Numbered from the stretch's first letter, positions 1-8,861 are shown. The stretch is DNA of 32,000 nt from Nostoc sp. PCC 7120 = FACHB-418 (GCF_000009705.1 NC_003272.1:3120001-3152000); one strand, 5' to 3'. Translations and numbers: made by a program. Notes: generated by a model not told the origin, from the letters alone.

Positions 1-268
1 TATCATATTGACTTTGTACTTCTACATGAATTAATATCCACACTTCTTGGTTATCTAACAACCACACTTGAAATAATTTATCAGCATGGCGTGTTTTGCT
101 GTCCGCAGATGCGGTAATCTGTTCTAATTCTTTATCTAGAGAAATGGGGTTTTTAGTCCAATCTATTTGTTGATATATTTCTGGGTAAAAGAAGGCAAGA
201 AATGAATCAAAATAATCTCCTATTACTTCTTTCCAGGTTTCATCATAGTTAGCTGTAATTTCCGTCAT
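1..268 (-). CDS. Rpn/YhgA-like PD-(D/E)XK putative transposase-nuclease, N-terminal part (gene runs off left edge)
   Basis: Not in the ORF track because there is no stop in the window. Reverse complement from ATG 268..266 reads MTEITANYDETWKEVIGDYFDSFLAFFYPEIYQQIDWTKNPISLDKELEQITASADSKTRHADKLFQVWLLDNQEVWILIHVEVQSQYD and stays open to position 1. It resembles the N-terminus of the multicopy cyanobacterial Rpn family. Confidence 0.55.
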   Translation of the reverse strand, partial: MTEITANYDETWKEVIGDYFDSFLAFFYPEIYQQIDWTKNPISLDKELEQITASADSKTRHADKLFQVWLLDNQEVWILIHVEVQSQYD

Positions 269-325
269 TGTGATTAAAATAGTGTCAATAATTGTCTAAT
301 ATTTGTGCCTTCTGCGTTAGACAGA

Positions 326-1306
326 CTATTTTTGTCGGTAAGCACTGGGATTTACCCCAAATTTTTTTCTGAATGCAGCCGCAAAGTGACTTAGATGAGA
401 ATAGCCTACAGCATGGGCAACTTGGGCAACAGTCAATTTTTGTTCTGTCAACATTTGTTTAGCTTGTTCCATGCGATGATCATGCAGGTAGCCAAAAACT
501 GTAGTCCCAAATATCTGCCGAAAACCCTGCTTCAGTTTTCGTTCATTCACCGTGATTCGACGTGATAGTTCTAGCAATGTTGGTGGATGATGTAAGTTAG
601 TAATGAGAATATCTCTGGCATAGTAAATACGTTCTATATCATCTGGGGCAAGTTTGACTGTAGATTGGTTAATCTGACGATAATCTAGTTCTTGTGCCAG
701 CCACAAAGCCACAAGTTCCAGTGCTTTACTTTGTAGATAAACCTCTCGGATAAAATCTCGGTAGGGACAATTGAGAATTTGGTATAGCACCGACTGCATT
801 ACAGGTGTAGTGGTTCGCAGTTCGTAGTAAGGTGCATTTTTAACCCCGAAAAGCGGAAGTTGCTGGTGTGGAGATAAGTATTGTGAGTGTTGCTGAATCA
901 ACATAGCCCACATTTCCGGCGTGAGGTTAATATCAACTTTCAGGTGTCGTTGATTACCCGCCCACTCTGTTACATCTCCGCGACCGACATCCGACAAACA
1001 CAAGAAGTTTTGACCACCTTGCATCACCTCACCTGTATACAATTTACGGTTTCCCGATAGCCGAAAACCTATTTCCGGCCATCCCTCGCCGTCTGGTTCT
1101 TTCAAGATAATATGGTTGAAGAATACATTATTTTCAATATCTATAGAAATACCATCCGGTAGGAACGTGCGCTGCCAATATCCTTTACCAATAGACTCTG
1201 AATATTTCAAAACAATGTCATTTTCAGTTTGATGAGGTTGATTACCGTTGATAGCTGTCTCTTCAAACATTTCATCCATATTTTTGATTGATAAGATACC
1301 AGCCAT
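326..1306 (-). CDS. AraC-family transcriptional regulator (full length)
   Basis: 326-aa ORF. The C-terminus has the AraC double-HTH (LTVAQVAHAVGYSHLSHFAAAFRKKFGVNPSAYR). The N-terminal sensor domain aligns with the paralogs at 15458..16513 and 8849..9694 (shared block ILNCPY..YL.SKALEL.AL). Confidence 0.85.
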   Translation of the reverse strand: MAGILSIKNMDEMFEETAINGNQPHQTENDIVLKYSESIGKGYWQRTFLPDGISIDIENNVFFNHIILKEPDGEGWPEIGFRLSGNRKLYTGEVMQGGQNFLCLSDVGRGDVTEWAGNQRHLKVDINLTPEMWAMLIQQHSQYLSPHQQLPLFGVKNAPYYELRTTTPVMQSVLYQILNCPYRDFIREVYLQSKALELVALWLAQELDYRQINQSTVKLAPDDIERIYYARDILITNLHHPPTLLELSRRITVNERKLKQGFRQIFGTTVFGYLHDHRMEQAKQMLTEQKLTVAQVAHAVGYSHLSHFAAAFRKKFGVNPSAYRQK

Positions 1307-1458
1307 CTCTAGTTACACGCTCTTAAAGGTGATATTTACAACTAGGTTAACAGCTATTAGATAATTTTCTCAAGAGGGATGTCATCGCCCAATACCTGAC
1401 GGGTTTGATATCAAGACTGTATCTATTACTAAAAAAGTTGATGGTTATTATTTAAATC

Positions 1459-2055
1459 TTGTTTGACAATATTATCAATAATGATAATATTACTGTTAAC
1501 GATAACATTTATTTCTCTAAAACTTTGAGTGGTAGCAAAGCAGACCTAATTCTCCATCCTGTCCGATTAAAGATTCTTCAAGCTTTTGTAGGCGATCGCC
1601 ATCTTTCAGCACGGCAATTGTGCGAAATACTACCCGATATCCCTCAAGCAACGTTGTATCGTCATTTCCAAAAGCTTGTACAGGCAGAACTTCTGACCGT
1701 TATAGCAGAACATCCTATACGTGGTACTGTGGAAAAATTTTACAGTCTACAAGAGCAAAACACTGAGCTTTTACCAGAAGAACTAGCCGCCTTAACAGGT
1801 GCAGATCATCAACGCCATTTCACAGCCTTTGTCGTTAGCTTGTTGACTGAGTTTGAAGCGTATTTACAACGGGATGAGATTGATATTGTCAAAGATGGAG
1901 TTGGCTATCGTCAGATAGCACTGCATTTGAGTGATGAGGAACTGGCTGAGTTAACACAATCTCTCAATCAGGTACTAGTGAAGTTTTTGCACCAAAAACC
2001 CTCAAAGCAGAGGAAACGATTTTTGCTATCCAGCATCTTGATTCCAGGAGATTAA
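1459..2055 (+). CDS. Winged-helix (ArsR/HTH_20-like) transcriptional regulator
   Basis: HTH core LILHPVRLKILQAFVGDRHLSARQLCEILPDIPQATLYRHFQKLVQAELL. The track start is TTG 1459, but the first ~22 codons translate the AT-rich promoter/Fur-like DNA. The in-frame TTG at 1525 (MSGSKADLILHP) is a more likely start. The stop lies 4 nt before the CPBP gene. Confidence 0.6.
   Translation: MFDNIINNDNITVNDNIYFSKTLSGSKADLILHPVRLKILQAFVGDRHLSARQLCEILPDIPQATLYRHFQKLVQAELLTVIAEHPIRGTVEKFYSLQEQNTELLPEELAALTGADHQRHFTAFVVSLLTEFEAYLQRDEIDIVKDGVGYRQIALHLSDEELAELTQSLNQVLVKFLHQKPSKQRKRFLLSSILIPGD
1463..1494 (+). promoter_or_regulatory. Candidate sigma70-type promoter overlapped by a Fur-box-like hexamer array
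   Basis: TTGACA at 1463..1468, then TAATAT at 1485..1490 (16-bp spacer). Contiguous hexamers ATTATC AATAAT GATAAT ATTACT at 1471..1494 resemble the (GATAAT)n / ATTATC architecture of Fur boxes. 11 of the first 12 positions match GATAATGATAAT. Confidence 0.4.
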
Positions 2056-2059
2056 TCTC

Positions 2060-2851
2060 ATGTTGGTTTTAAAGCAGTTTGCAATTTTATTTACGTTAGG
2101 TAGTTGGGGAATTGTACTGCTGATTCCGTCCTTGATGCCCGTAATTCAAAAGCAGTTAGCTACCTTACCAACAGAAATAGCCGCAGAAGTGCCACCTTTA
2201 TGGATTGTACTGCTATTGCAAGGAATCCAAATCGCAGTTTTATTAGCGATCGCTGTTTTGATTGGTATCTTTTGTACTCCGGTGGTAGGATTGCGATCGC
2301 ATTTAATTGAATCTTGGGTACTTCATCCATCCAACCCGATATCCTGGATCAATGATGTGAAATGGGGTCTAGGTATTGGTACAGCAGCAACAGTCATCAC
2401 CCTATCGATTCGCCTATTGCTAGAACCTGTATTACCAGAAGCATTGAGGGCTACTAATCAGCCCCAACCCAGTATTATAGATGCTATAGCGGGGATGTTT
2501 TACGGTGGGATTACGGAAGAAATTTTGACGCGTTGGGGGTTAATGTCGCTGCTAGTCTGGTTAGGTTGGAAGTTATGCAAACAAGGCTTAGGATTGCCTA
2601 CTCATGCAGTCTACCAGGGTGCGATCGTTTTAGCAGCAGTTGTTTTTGGGCTGTTGCATTTGCCGCTAATCTCTAACCTGGCACCGATTACAGGTTGGGT
2701 CATCGTTTACGCCATTCTACTCAATGGTATAGTAGGTATTGCTTGTGGATGGCTATTTTGGCAATATTCCCTAGAAAGTGCAATGATAGCCCATGCTATT
2801 TTTCATGTCTATGCCTTTGCCCTTAACGTGTTGCTGACGAAATTTATCTAG
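2060..2851 (+). CDS. CPBP-family (CAAX/Abi) intramembrane metalloprotease
   Basis: Polytopic membrane protein with the family motifs EEILTRWGL (EExxxR), FGLLHL (FxxxH) and HAIFH. ATG start. Confidence 0.8.
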   Translation: MLVLKQFAILFTLGSWGIVLLIPSLMPVIQKQLATLPTEIAAEVPPLWIVLLLQGIQIAVLLAIAVLIGIFCTPVVGLRSHLIESWVLHPSNPISWINDVKWGLGIGTAATVITLSIRLLLEPVLPEALRATNQPQPSIIDAIAGMFYGGITEEILTRWGLMSLLVWLGWKLCKQGLGLPTHAVYQGAIVLAAVVFGLLHLPLISNLAPITGWVIVYAILLNGIVGIACGWLFWQYSLESAMIAHAIFHVYAFALNVLLTKFI

Positions 2852-2957
2852 CTCGCTGGGAATCAAGACTGAAAGAATACTATCAAAAATCGAGTAACTA
2901 GAATCAAAAATATCAACTCGTTTAGGCAGTACATCGCCTGTTATGAATCACAGCAAC

Positions 2958-3098
2958 TAAAAAATCCAATCCGCTTCCTCATCAGCTAAAATCTCTTCCA
3001 ACTTCCCTTGAGCTACGACCCTACCAGTTTTCATCACAATAATCTAGTCAGCGCGTCGTCAAATAGAACGGTGATAAGACACTACAAGACAAGTTGGG
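2958..3098 (-). pseudogene. Relic of the 3' end of an ABC transporter ATPase gene
   Basis: About 140 bp align base-for-base (roughly four-fifths identical by eye) with 9695..9835, the 3' end of the ABC gene. The reverse-complement translation is PTCLVVSYHRSI*RRAD*IIVMKTGRVVAQGKLEEILADEEADWIF*, compared with TPTCLVVSHRRSVLRRADQIIVMKAGRVVAQGKFEDILADEQADWIF*. The relic carries two in-frame stops. Confidence 0.8.
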
Positions 3099-3177
3099 GG
3101 TTTCTTTATAGCTGTAGTGTGGCATCAGGATTAGTGATATTATTTATCAATAAATACTAAACTTTTAAAGATATTCA

Positions 3178-3609
3178 ATGCTTCTCCATGAAACCAATGC
3201 TATATTATTCGCGCTGTTATCAGCATTTTTTGCCGCCTTGACTACCATTTTTGGCAAGATAGGAGTAGAAGCAATTAACCCTAATTTAGCAACCGCAATC
3301 CGCACAGTTGTAATTTTATTTATGGTTTGGGGTTGGGTTTTTGCCAAAGGACAACTAGATACACTATTGATAATTTCTCCTAAAACTCTATTATTTCTTG
3401 TATTTTCTGGGTTATCGACGGGTTTATCTTGGTTATTTTACTTTCGTGCTTTACAGGTAGGAAAAGCTTCTTTAGTCGCACCTTTAGATAAGTCAAGTTT
3501 GGTGTTAGTAATTATTTTTTCAGCACTTTTTCTCAAGGAATCACTGACACCACAAATAATGATAGGAACTGGTTTAATTTTAGCCGGTACACTGGTTTTG
3601 ATTCGTTGA
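3178..3609 (+). CDS. Half-size EamA/DMT-family membrane transporter
   Basis: 143 aa, ATG start, about 5 hydrophobic spans. EamA-like pattern (FALLSAFFAALTTIFGKIG, LFLKESLT, GTGLILAGTLVL). Confidence 0.65.
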   Translation: MLLHETNAILFALLSAFFAALTTIFGKIGVEAINPNLATAIRTVVILFMVWGWVFAKGQLDTLLIISPKTLLFLVFSGLSTGLSWLFYFRALQVGKASLVAPLDKSSLVLVIIFSALFLKESLTPQIMIGTGLILAGTLVLIR

Positions 3610-3726
3610 TATTGTAGTGAACCGGAAAAAGAAAATGCGGAGCAAATTAATTTTTTACACTGCTTAAATTATTCTACTGCCATTAGATAGATAACAAGAA
3701 ATTTTGTAAGTATTCATGTCCATTTT

Positions 3727-4731
3727 TCATAATGCCAATTTCACTAAATTACGGACACGATACTGCTTGACTTCCTCTAAAGTTGGATTTGCTCCTGATT
3801 TCCAAGCTGTCATAACTGAGCCTTTCACCTCCACCCTCGCTTGATATGCACTGCTAATATTGCCATCAACTGTAGTGAAATCAATACGAACATCAGCCCA
3901 TTCTTGATTAATTTCATCACTGGCTAAAACTTGACCGGCTTTGTGATATTCCAGCCATTTCCAACCTTCAAGCATCCAAATTTCTCGTTCGGCAATTTGT
4001 TCAAAGAAAGATAAACCACCCCAACCTCGATAGTAGGGATATAGTTCTTTGACTGAACCATTACGTAGGACTAATAAATCTAAAATTTCTGGTTTTAAAT
4101 GACCCCAATATTGTCCTTGGGGTAAATCAACTAAGGTAGGTGCAAACTCGTGTCCACCAAAATGACTACATCGCCAAAAACGTAAGTTACTGTTAGTTGC
4201 AGCAGCGTATTCAGAACGTAATTTTTGATAAATTGGATAACCAAATCTACTACAAGCCGCATCCACATTGCCGTGGTTGCAAACGAGTATTTCTCGAATG
4301 TGGTTTGTTTGTTGGCGATATTGGTTAAAGTTTGGTAGTTCTTCTGGGTTTTTGAGTAAAGCTAATGCTAAAGAACCCAGTAAAGCATGAGGTACGATAA
4401 ATTCTTGTTTCTCAAATTGGGCAAAAAATTTGGCTGGACGGCGATAGTAGATTACACGAGTGTAACCTGGATGGGAGTATTCTTTATCTGGTGCGATCGC
4501 CAGCTGTCGAACTGTTCCCCCACCTTCCCAAATAAAGTTTAAAGCCTCTATTACTCCCTGGGGCATGGGATCAGGTTCAATCCAAATTGGAATCGGCCAA
4601 GGTTGTGCAGCTTCAATAATTAAATATTGTTCCACAGCGATCGCTGTTCCAATTGGGTCTTCACCGTTAGCTTGAGAAATTTCTGAACAAAAACGGCAAT
4701 TATTTTGAGTATTATTAATTGACATATTCAA
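3727..4731 (-). CDS. Sucrase/ferredoxin-like (Apd1/Aim32-type thioredoxin-like [2Fe-2S]) protein
   Basis: CX8C (CNHGNVDAAC, residues 151-160) plus HXGGH (SHFGGHEFAP, residues 190-194) lie at nt 4150..4281. There is also an N-terminal CRFC. The track start is TTG 4731; ATG 4725 is more likely. The gene starts 3 nt after the stop of the upstream binding-protein gene. Confidence 0.6.
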   Translation of the reverse strand: MNMSINNTQNNCRFCSEISQANGEDPIGTAIAVEQYLIIEAAQPWPIPIWIEPDPMPQGVIEALNFIWEGGGTVRQLAIAPDKEYSHPGYTRVIYYRRPAKFFAQFEKQEFIVPHALLGSLALALLKNPEELPNFNQYRQQTNHIREILVCNHGNVDAACSRFGYPIYQKLRSEYAAATNSNLRFWRCSHFGGHEFAPTLVDLPQGQYWGHLKPEILDLLVLRNGSVKELYPYYRGWGGLSFFEQIAEREIWMLEGWKWLEYHKAGQVLASDEINQEWADVRIDFTTVDGNISSAYQARVEVKGSVMTAWKSGANPTLEEVKQYRVRNLVKLAL

Positions 4732-4733
4732 AT

Positions 4734-5768
4734 TTACCTCACTAAATATTTGAACAAATCATCAAGAATTTTATTAACTCCCAAAGGACCACCAGCAAAC
4801 CAATCACTTTGATTTACTACATATACTTGTTGCTTTTTGACTGCTCGTAAATGGTGCCAAAGAGGATTTTTTAAATCAGGATATAGTTGCTCTTTAGATT
4901 CATTAATTACAAACAAAACATCTGCATCATATTTATTGAGATTTTCTATACTTATTTCTAAATATCTTTCTTGCTGATTTTTCTGAATTGATATACGTTT
5001 AATACCCGCATCATCTAAAACTTGGTTAAATACGGCATCACGATTTAAGGATTTGATACTTTGTCCAGAAAATCCAATCACAGAAACTTCTATTTTTTGT
5101 AGTCTCTCACCCATCCTATCTTGTAAATCCCGAATTCTTTTTTGGTATTGCTGTAATACCAACTTCCCTTGTTCTTCCTCATTTAATACTTGGGCAATAT
5201 AGCGAAAATTATCCTGAAAAGAAGTAAAACTCCCCCAATCAACTAATACTGTAGGAGCAAAATTACTCAGTTGATTGTAAATATTTTTTTGATATTCACG
5301 TCCTATTATTAAGTCAGGTTTGAGCATGAGTATTTTCTCAAGAGAAGGCTGAAAAGCACTACCTACTTGTTGAATACTCTTTACTTCATCTTCAGTTATG
5401 CCACGAAATAAAACTCCTTGTTCGGCAGCATAGGTAGCTATACCAATTGGTTTTACACCCAAAGCCAAAACAGGATCGAGGATAGTCGAATCATGTAAAG
5501 TGATTATTCGTTGGGGTTTAATGGGAATTTTTGTTTCTCCCCCAGCGTGTTTAACTACTCGTGTAGCTACTGGTTGAGAAATAGGTAAGGTACTATCAAA
5601 TTGTCGAGGTTTATCATCAGAAATATACTGACAAGCCCAAAGCAAAATGATAGAAACAAAACCCGATAAACATAGAATAATGTAACTTCTAATTTTAATT
5701 TTCTTCCTCCTGAAAAAAGTGATAAATTCCCAATCCCCAGTCCCCAATACCCAGTCCCTAATTACCAA
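4734..5768 (-). CDS. Iron-siderophore ABC substrate-binding lipoprotein (FhuD/PF01497-like)
   Basis: Lipobox LLWAC. Aligns with the paralog 19457..20452 (TL.D...LALG.KP.G, LKPDLI.G, YVV.). There is no ATG. The only start is TTG 5768 inside an STRR array, overlapping the receptor stop by 7 nt. An AGGAGG sits further downstream with no canonical start after it, so the start is uncertain. Confidence 0.75.
   Translation of the reverse strand: MVIRDWVLGTGDWEFITFFRRKKIKIRSYIILCLSGFVSIILLWACQYISDDKPRQFDSTLPISQPVATRVVKHAGGETKIPIKPQRIITLHDSTILDPVLALGVKPIGIATYAAEQGVLFRGITEDEVKSIQQVGSAFQPSLEKILMLKPDLIIGREYQKNIYNQLSNFAPTVLVDWGSFTSFQDNFRYIAQVLNEEEQGKLVLQQYQKRIRDLQDRMGERLQKIEVSVIGFSGQSIKSLNRDAVFNQVLDDAGIKRISIQKNQQERYLEISIENLNKYDADVLFVINESKEQLYPDLKNPLWHHLRAVKKQQVYVVNQSDWFAGGPLGVNKILDDLFKYLVR
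5729..5762. repeat. STRR-type heptamer array (CCCCAGT/CCCCAAT variants)
   Basis: ccaatccccagtccccaatacccagtccctaatt, at the junction of the receptor stop and the binding-protein start. Confidence 0.75.
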
Positions 5769-8654
5769 CTAATGCGGTAATTAACACTAAGGCTGCGACC
5801 TCTTTCTAGGTTATATAACAATTCATCCAGTCCGCCACCTGCTTGAGAAAATACAGAGGAGTATTTATTATTAAATAGGTTTTGAATACCTACTTCTAAA
5901 TTCCCCGCACCAATTTGAAAGCTGCTGATGTAATCAACTACAAGATAATCCCTAATAGTAACAAAATCACTACCCGCTTCAAAACCGCGATTGCGATTAC
6001 CAACATACAGTAATTGCAATCGATTCCGCCAGCCTGGAGTAGTTTGATTTTCAACATAAGCTGTTAACTTCAATGGCTGAACTTCTAATGTTCGCAAAGC
6101 TCTAAAATCACCGTCTTCATTTTGATCATCTTCCCCTTCTGTCCAAGTTAAACTACTCCCAAGTTTCCACTTGTTCGAGGGTTGCCAGTCTAAAGTCGCT
6201 TCAATCCCATAGTTTCTTTGCGGAGCGCGAATATATTGAATCGTACCGTCTGGTTGACCCCTGGAAGATAGACCAAGAGCAGAATAATTAAAAAATCCGG
6301 CTAGAGTTGCTTGGAAATTATTCCAATTCCCACGGACACCAATTTCGTAATTATCTATTTTTTGCGGCTGGAGAAAACGGACATCTCTGTCAATGGTGAA
6401 TCCGGGGGGTAAGAAGTTGAGGACGCGGAAAAGTTGCGGTACTGAATAACCTTGAGCAAAGTTAGCAAAAACACTAACTGTAGGCGTAATTTTATAGACG
6501 CTGCCCACATTAAACACCGTGTCACTGAAATCTAGTTCGCCGCCTGCAACGCTGGGGCCAACATAGGGATCAAAGTTGTTGTCTAATAACGGTGTGAATT
6601 CGTCCACACTAAAGTTAAAGCGTTCGTGACGCACACCACCACTGAGAATTAATTGCTCACTTACGTCCCATTGCGCTTGGGCAAACAATCCTAAGCTACT
6701 CAAATCAAAGGCTGGGTAATAAACTTGTTCACCAATTTTACGCAGAATCCGACGGTTATTATTACTAGCATCAAAAGCGACGGGATCAAATATCTCTTGG
6801 CGGGTATCCCCTTCTTGTTGTTTCTCGTAATCAGCTCCCCATAATAAAGATACAGATGTAGATAGAGGTGTTTGAATCTGTAACCTTCCCCCAAAAGCTT
6901 CTTCTTCAGAACGGAAGCGATTGATGGCATCTGCAAATCGACCCCGGTCATCTCTGCCTACCCCTAACTCTTCGGAACTGCGATAATAGGCTTGGGCCTG
7001 CAGTTTGCTACCAAAAACTGCCTCATTAGTATCAATACCTTAGCCAAAATAAGAGGGTAAAAAAATTTTGGCAAAAATGGCAAAATAACCAATACATAAG
7101 CCTTGAGCTTACAAGGTAGGTTAGAGACTGAAACCCTTGATACTGCGTTAGTACGCCAAAAAAAGCCTTGCGATAAACCTGGAAGGAATTTTTAGGACTG
7201 ATTGTTTTTGCCCAGCTTCGGAGAAATGGGAGTTTGTACATCAACTCACCCTCTAAAATTGGCGAAGGTATTGTAGTATAGTTGAGGTTAACAGATGTAC
7301 TGGTAATTCGAGGTGCATCAGTGCCTTCGTAAACCTGATTTTGTCTTAAGGCACGGGTTGTTTGCAATCCAGGGATTGTACGCGTAATCGGATCAGCGAT
7401 AAATTTAATTTTACGGGAATTATTGCCATGATTGACGGTAAATTGTAGACGTTGTTGTTCCCCAACATCTATTCCTATCTTGCCCAATATATTTGTAGAG
7501 ACAGTATCATCTGATGTGGCGTTGTTACTGGGAATCCGCGAACCATCGGCATCAAAGAAACCACCTACACTATTACGTGAGAGGGAAAATACATAATCAA
7601 AAATCCCATCTTTACCGGAAAATCCATATTGTAGATAATTGCCGAAGCTGTTTTCTCCCAAGAACGCATCACCAGCCGCCGCCGCACTAATACCAACTTG
7701 AGCAGTAGAAGTAAATCCTTCAGCTGGCTTTCTCGTAATAATATTGATGACACCACCAGATGCACCTTGACCAAAGACGGCTGTAGGGCCACGCACCACT
7801 TCCACCCGTTCAATCGCATCTGGGGAAATGTACTCTAACTGAGTATTCACAAAGGAATTACCTTGCTGTGGTACACCGTCAATCAAAATTGATACTGGAC
7901 GACCCCGCAAAGTTTGAGCATTACCAGCGCGGTTGAGGGAGTTTGGCGGACCCAAACCTGGAACTGTCCGGCCTAAGATATCTCCTAAATCATTGGTGAT
8001 GGTTGATTGTTTCTCAATTTCTTCGCGGGTAATAACTGTTACACTGCGCGGTACGTTGGTAATTGCTTCCTCTGTTCGTGTCGCTGTCACTATCAGTTCA
8101 ATTGCATCATCAACTTCCGCAGATGGTTGTTGTGTCTGTTGTTCTGTCTGTGGCTGTTGCGTTTCTGGTTGCGGAGGTTGTGGAACAGATGATGCAGCAA
8201 CTTCTACACCTAAAATTAAACCCTCGTCGCCGTCAAACAACTCTACGTTTGGTAATGTTGTTTCACCTGTAACTGTCACCCTGATAGTATTGGTATCTAA
8301 ATTGCTGACAACAACATCAGTAATGCCACTAGCAGGATTTTCTTGGCGAAATTCCTGACTTAATTGAGCATTGGGGATTTCCACCACATAGACATTCCCC
8401 TGGCTCTTATTTACAGGTTGTAACTGTTCTCCTTGATTGGTCTCTAAAATTATCTCTATCCCTTTGTCAGTTGTTTGTAACTTGACATTGGTAATCTGAA
8501 TTTGTGCTTGGGAAAGTAATTGTTTAAGACTGGTGACAGGGTTTTCGATTTCGTCTTTTTTCTCTTCTGCGCGCCCAGGTAGATTAATTAACACCAAGGC
8601 TAATATCGTCATCAAAACAACTCTTTGCAGTTGACTAGCCATAACTCCACACAA
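5762..8654 (-). pseudogene. TonB-dependent siderophore receptor (AMIN domain + plug + barrel) split by a MITE
   Basis: The N-terminal part is ORF 7032..8654, with probable ATG at 8642 (MASQLQR). It has a signal peptide, an AMIN-like domain, a PQ-rich linker and a plug (RGPTAVFGQGASGGVINIITRKP). The homologous sequence ends at ..NLNYTT. The C-terminal part is one open frame from 7036 to the stop at 5762. My hand translation of 6704..7036 gives IDTNEAVFGSKLQAQAYYRSSEELGVGRDDRGRFADAINRFRSEEEAFGGRLQIQTPLSTSVSLLWGADYEKQQEGDTRQEIFDPVAFDASNNNRRILRKIGEQVYYPAFDLSSLGLFAQ, which joins ORF 5762..6703. Deleting 235 bp gives a 2646-nt ORF of 881 codons. Confidence 0.85.
7037..7269. mobile_element. 233-bp MITE with 22-bp imperfect terminal inverted repeats and an AT target-site duplication
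   Basis: The left TIR at 7037..7058 is accttagccaaaataagagggt. The reverse complement of the right TIR at 7248..7269 is accttcgccaattttagagggt (18/22 match). It is flanked by AT at 7035..7036 and 7270..7271, and has no internal ORF. Confidence 0.7.
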
Positions 8655-8827
8655 CCGAATGCAAAAATTGAGAAATTTTCTAAGTAAATGGTCTTGTAAA
8701 CTGCAAAAATTGACTCCAATACTTGCTTAATTAAGACAGTATGGAAAGTATCTTCAGTGCAGCATTTAGTAATTACTATCAAGAAGCTTACAGGAAAGTC
8801 TGAAGGTGTGAAGTATCGACTGGATGG

Positions 8828-8861
8828 CTAGACGGAATTTCTTGATGACTAGGCGGAATTT
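8828..8861 (-). promoter_or_regulatory. Phased direct repeat AAATTCCGYCTAG x2 (21-bp spacing) upstream of the split receptor
   Basis: On the plus strand: ctagacggaattt at 8828..8840 and ctaggcggaattt at 8849..8861. The same repeat, spacing and downstream 30-nt gap occur at 16617..16650. The distal copy overlaps the AraC-remnant stop codon. Confidence 0.45.

Noticed and set aside
2104-3347. ORFs 2104..2310(+) and 3165..3347(-).
   Set aside because: They are out of frame within the CPBP gene and antisense to the EamA gene respectively.
6700-6951. 83-aa minus-strand ORF between the two receptor fragments.
   Set aside because: It is out of frame with, and fully contained in, the open receptor frame that runs 7036..5762. 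Its sequence is low-complexity (LYLHLYLYY).
7032-7269. The C-terminal ~79 residues of track ORF 7032..8654 (IPSPILEGELMYKLPFLRSW...LLFWLRY).
   Set aside because: This is read-through translation of the MITE, not receptor sequence. Homology to the paralog stops at the TIR boundary.
7933-8358. Cys/Gly-rich 141-aa plus-strand ORF (..CCVCCSVCGCCVSGCGGCG..), together with 8007..8192 and 8063..8272. It superficially resembles a cysteine-rich peptide.
   Set aside because: It is antisense to the PQ-rich linker of the receptor gene, and the repetitive CAG/CAA codons read as Cys/Gly on the other strand. The same artefact appears at 17148..17453 opposite the paralogous linker.
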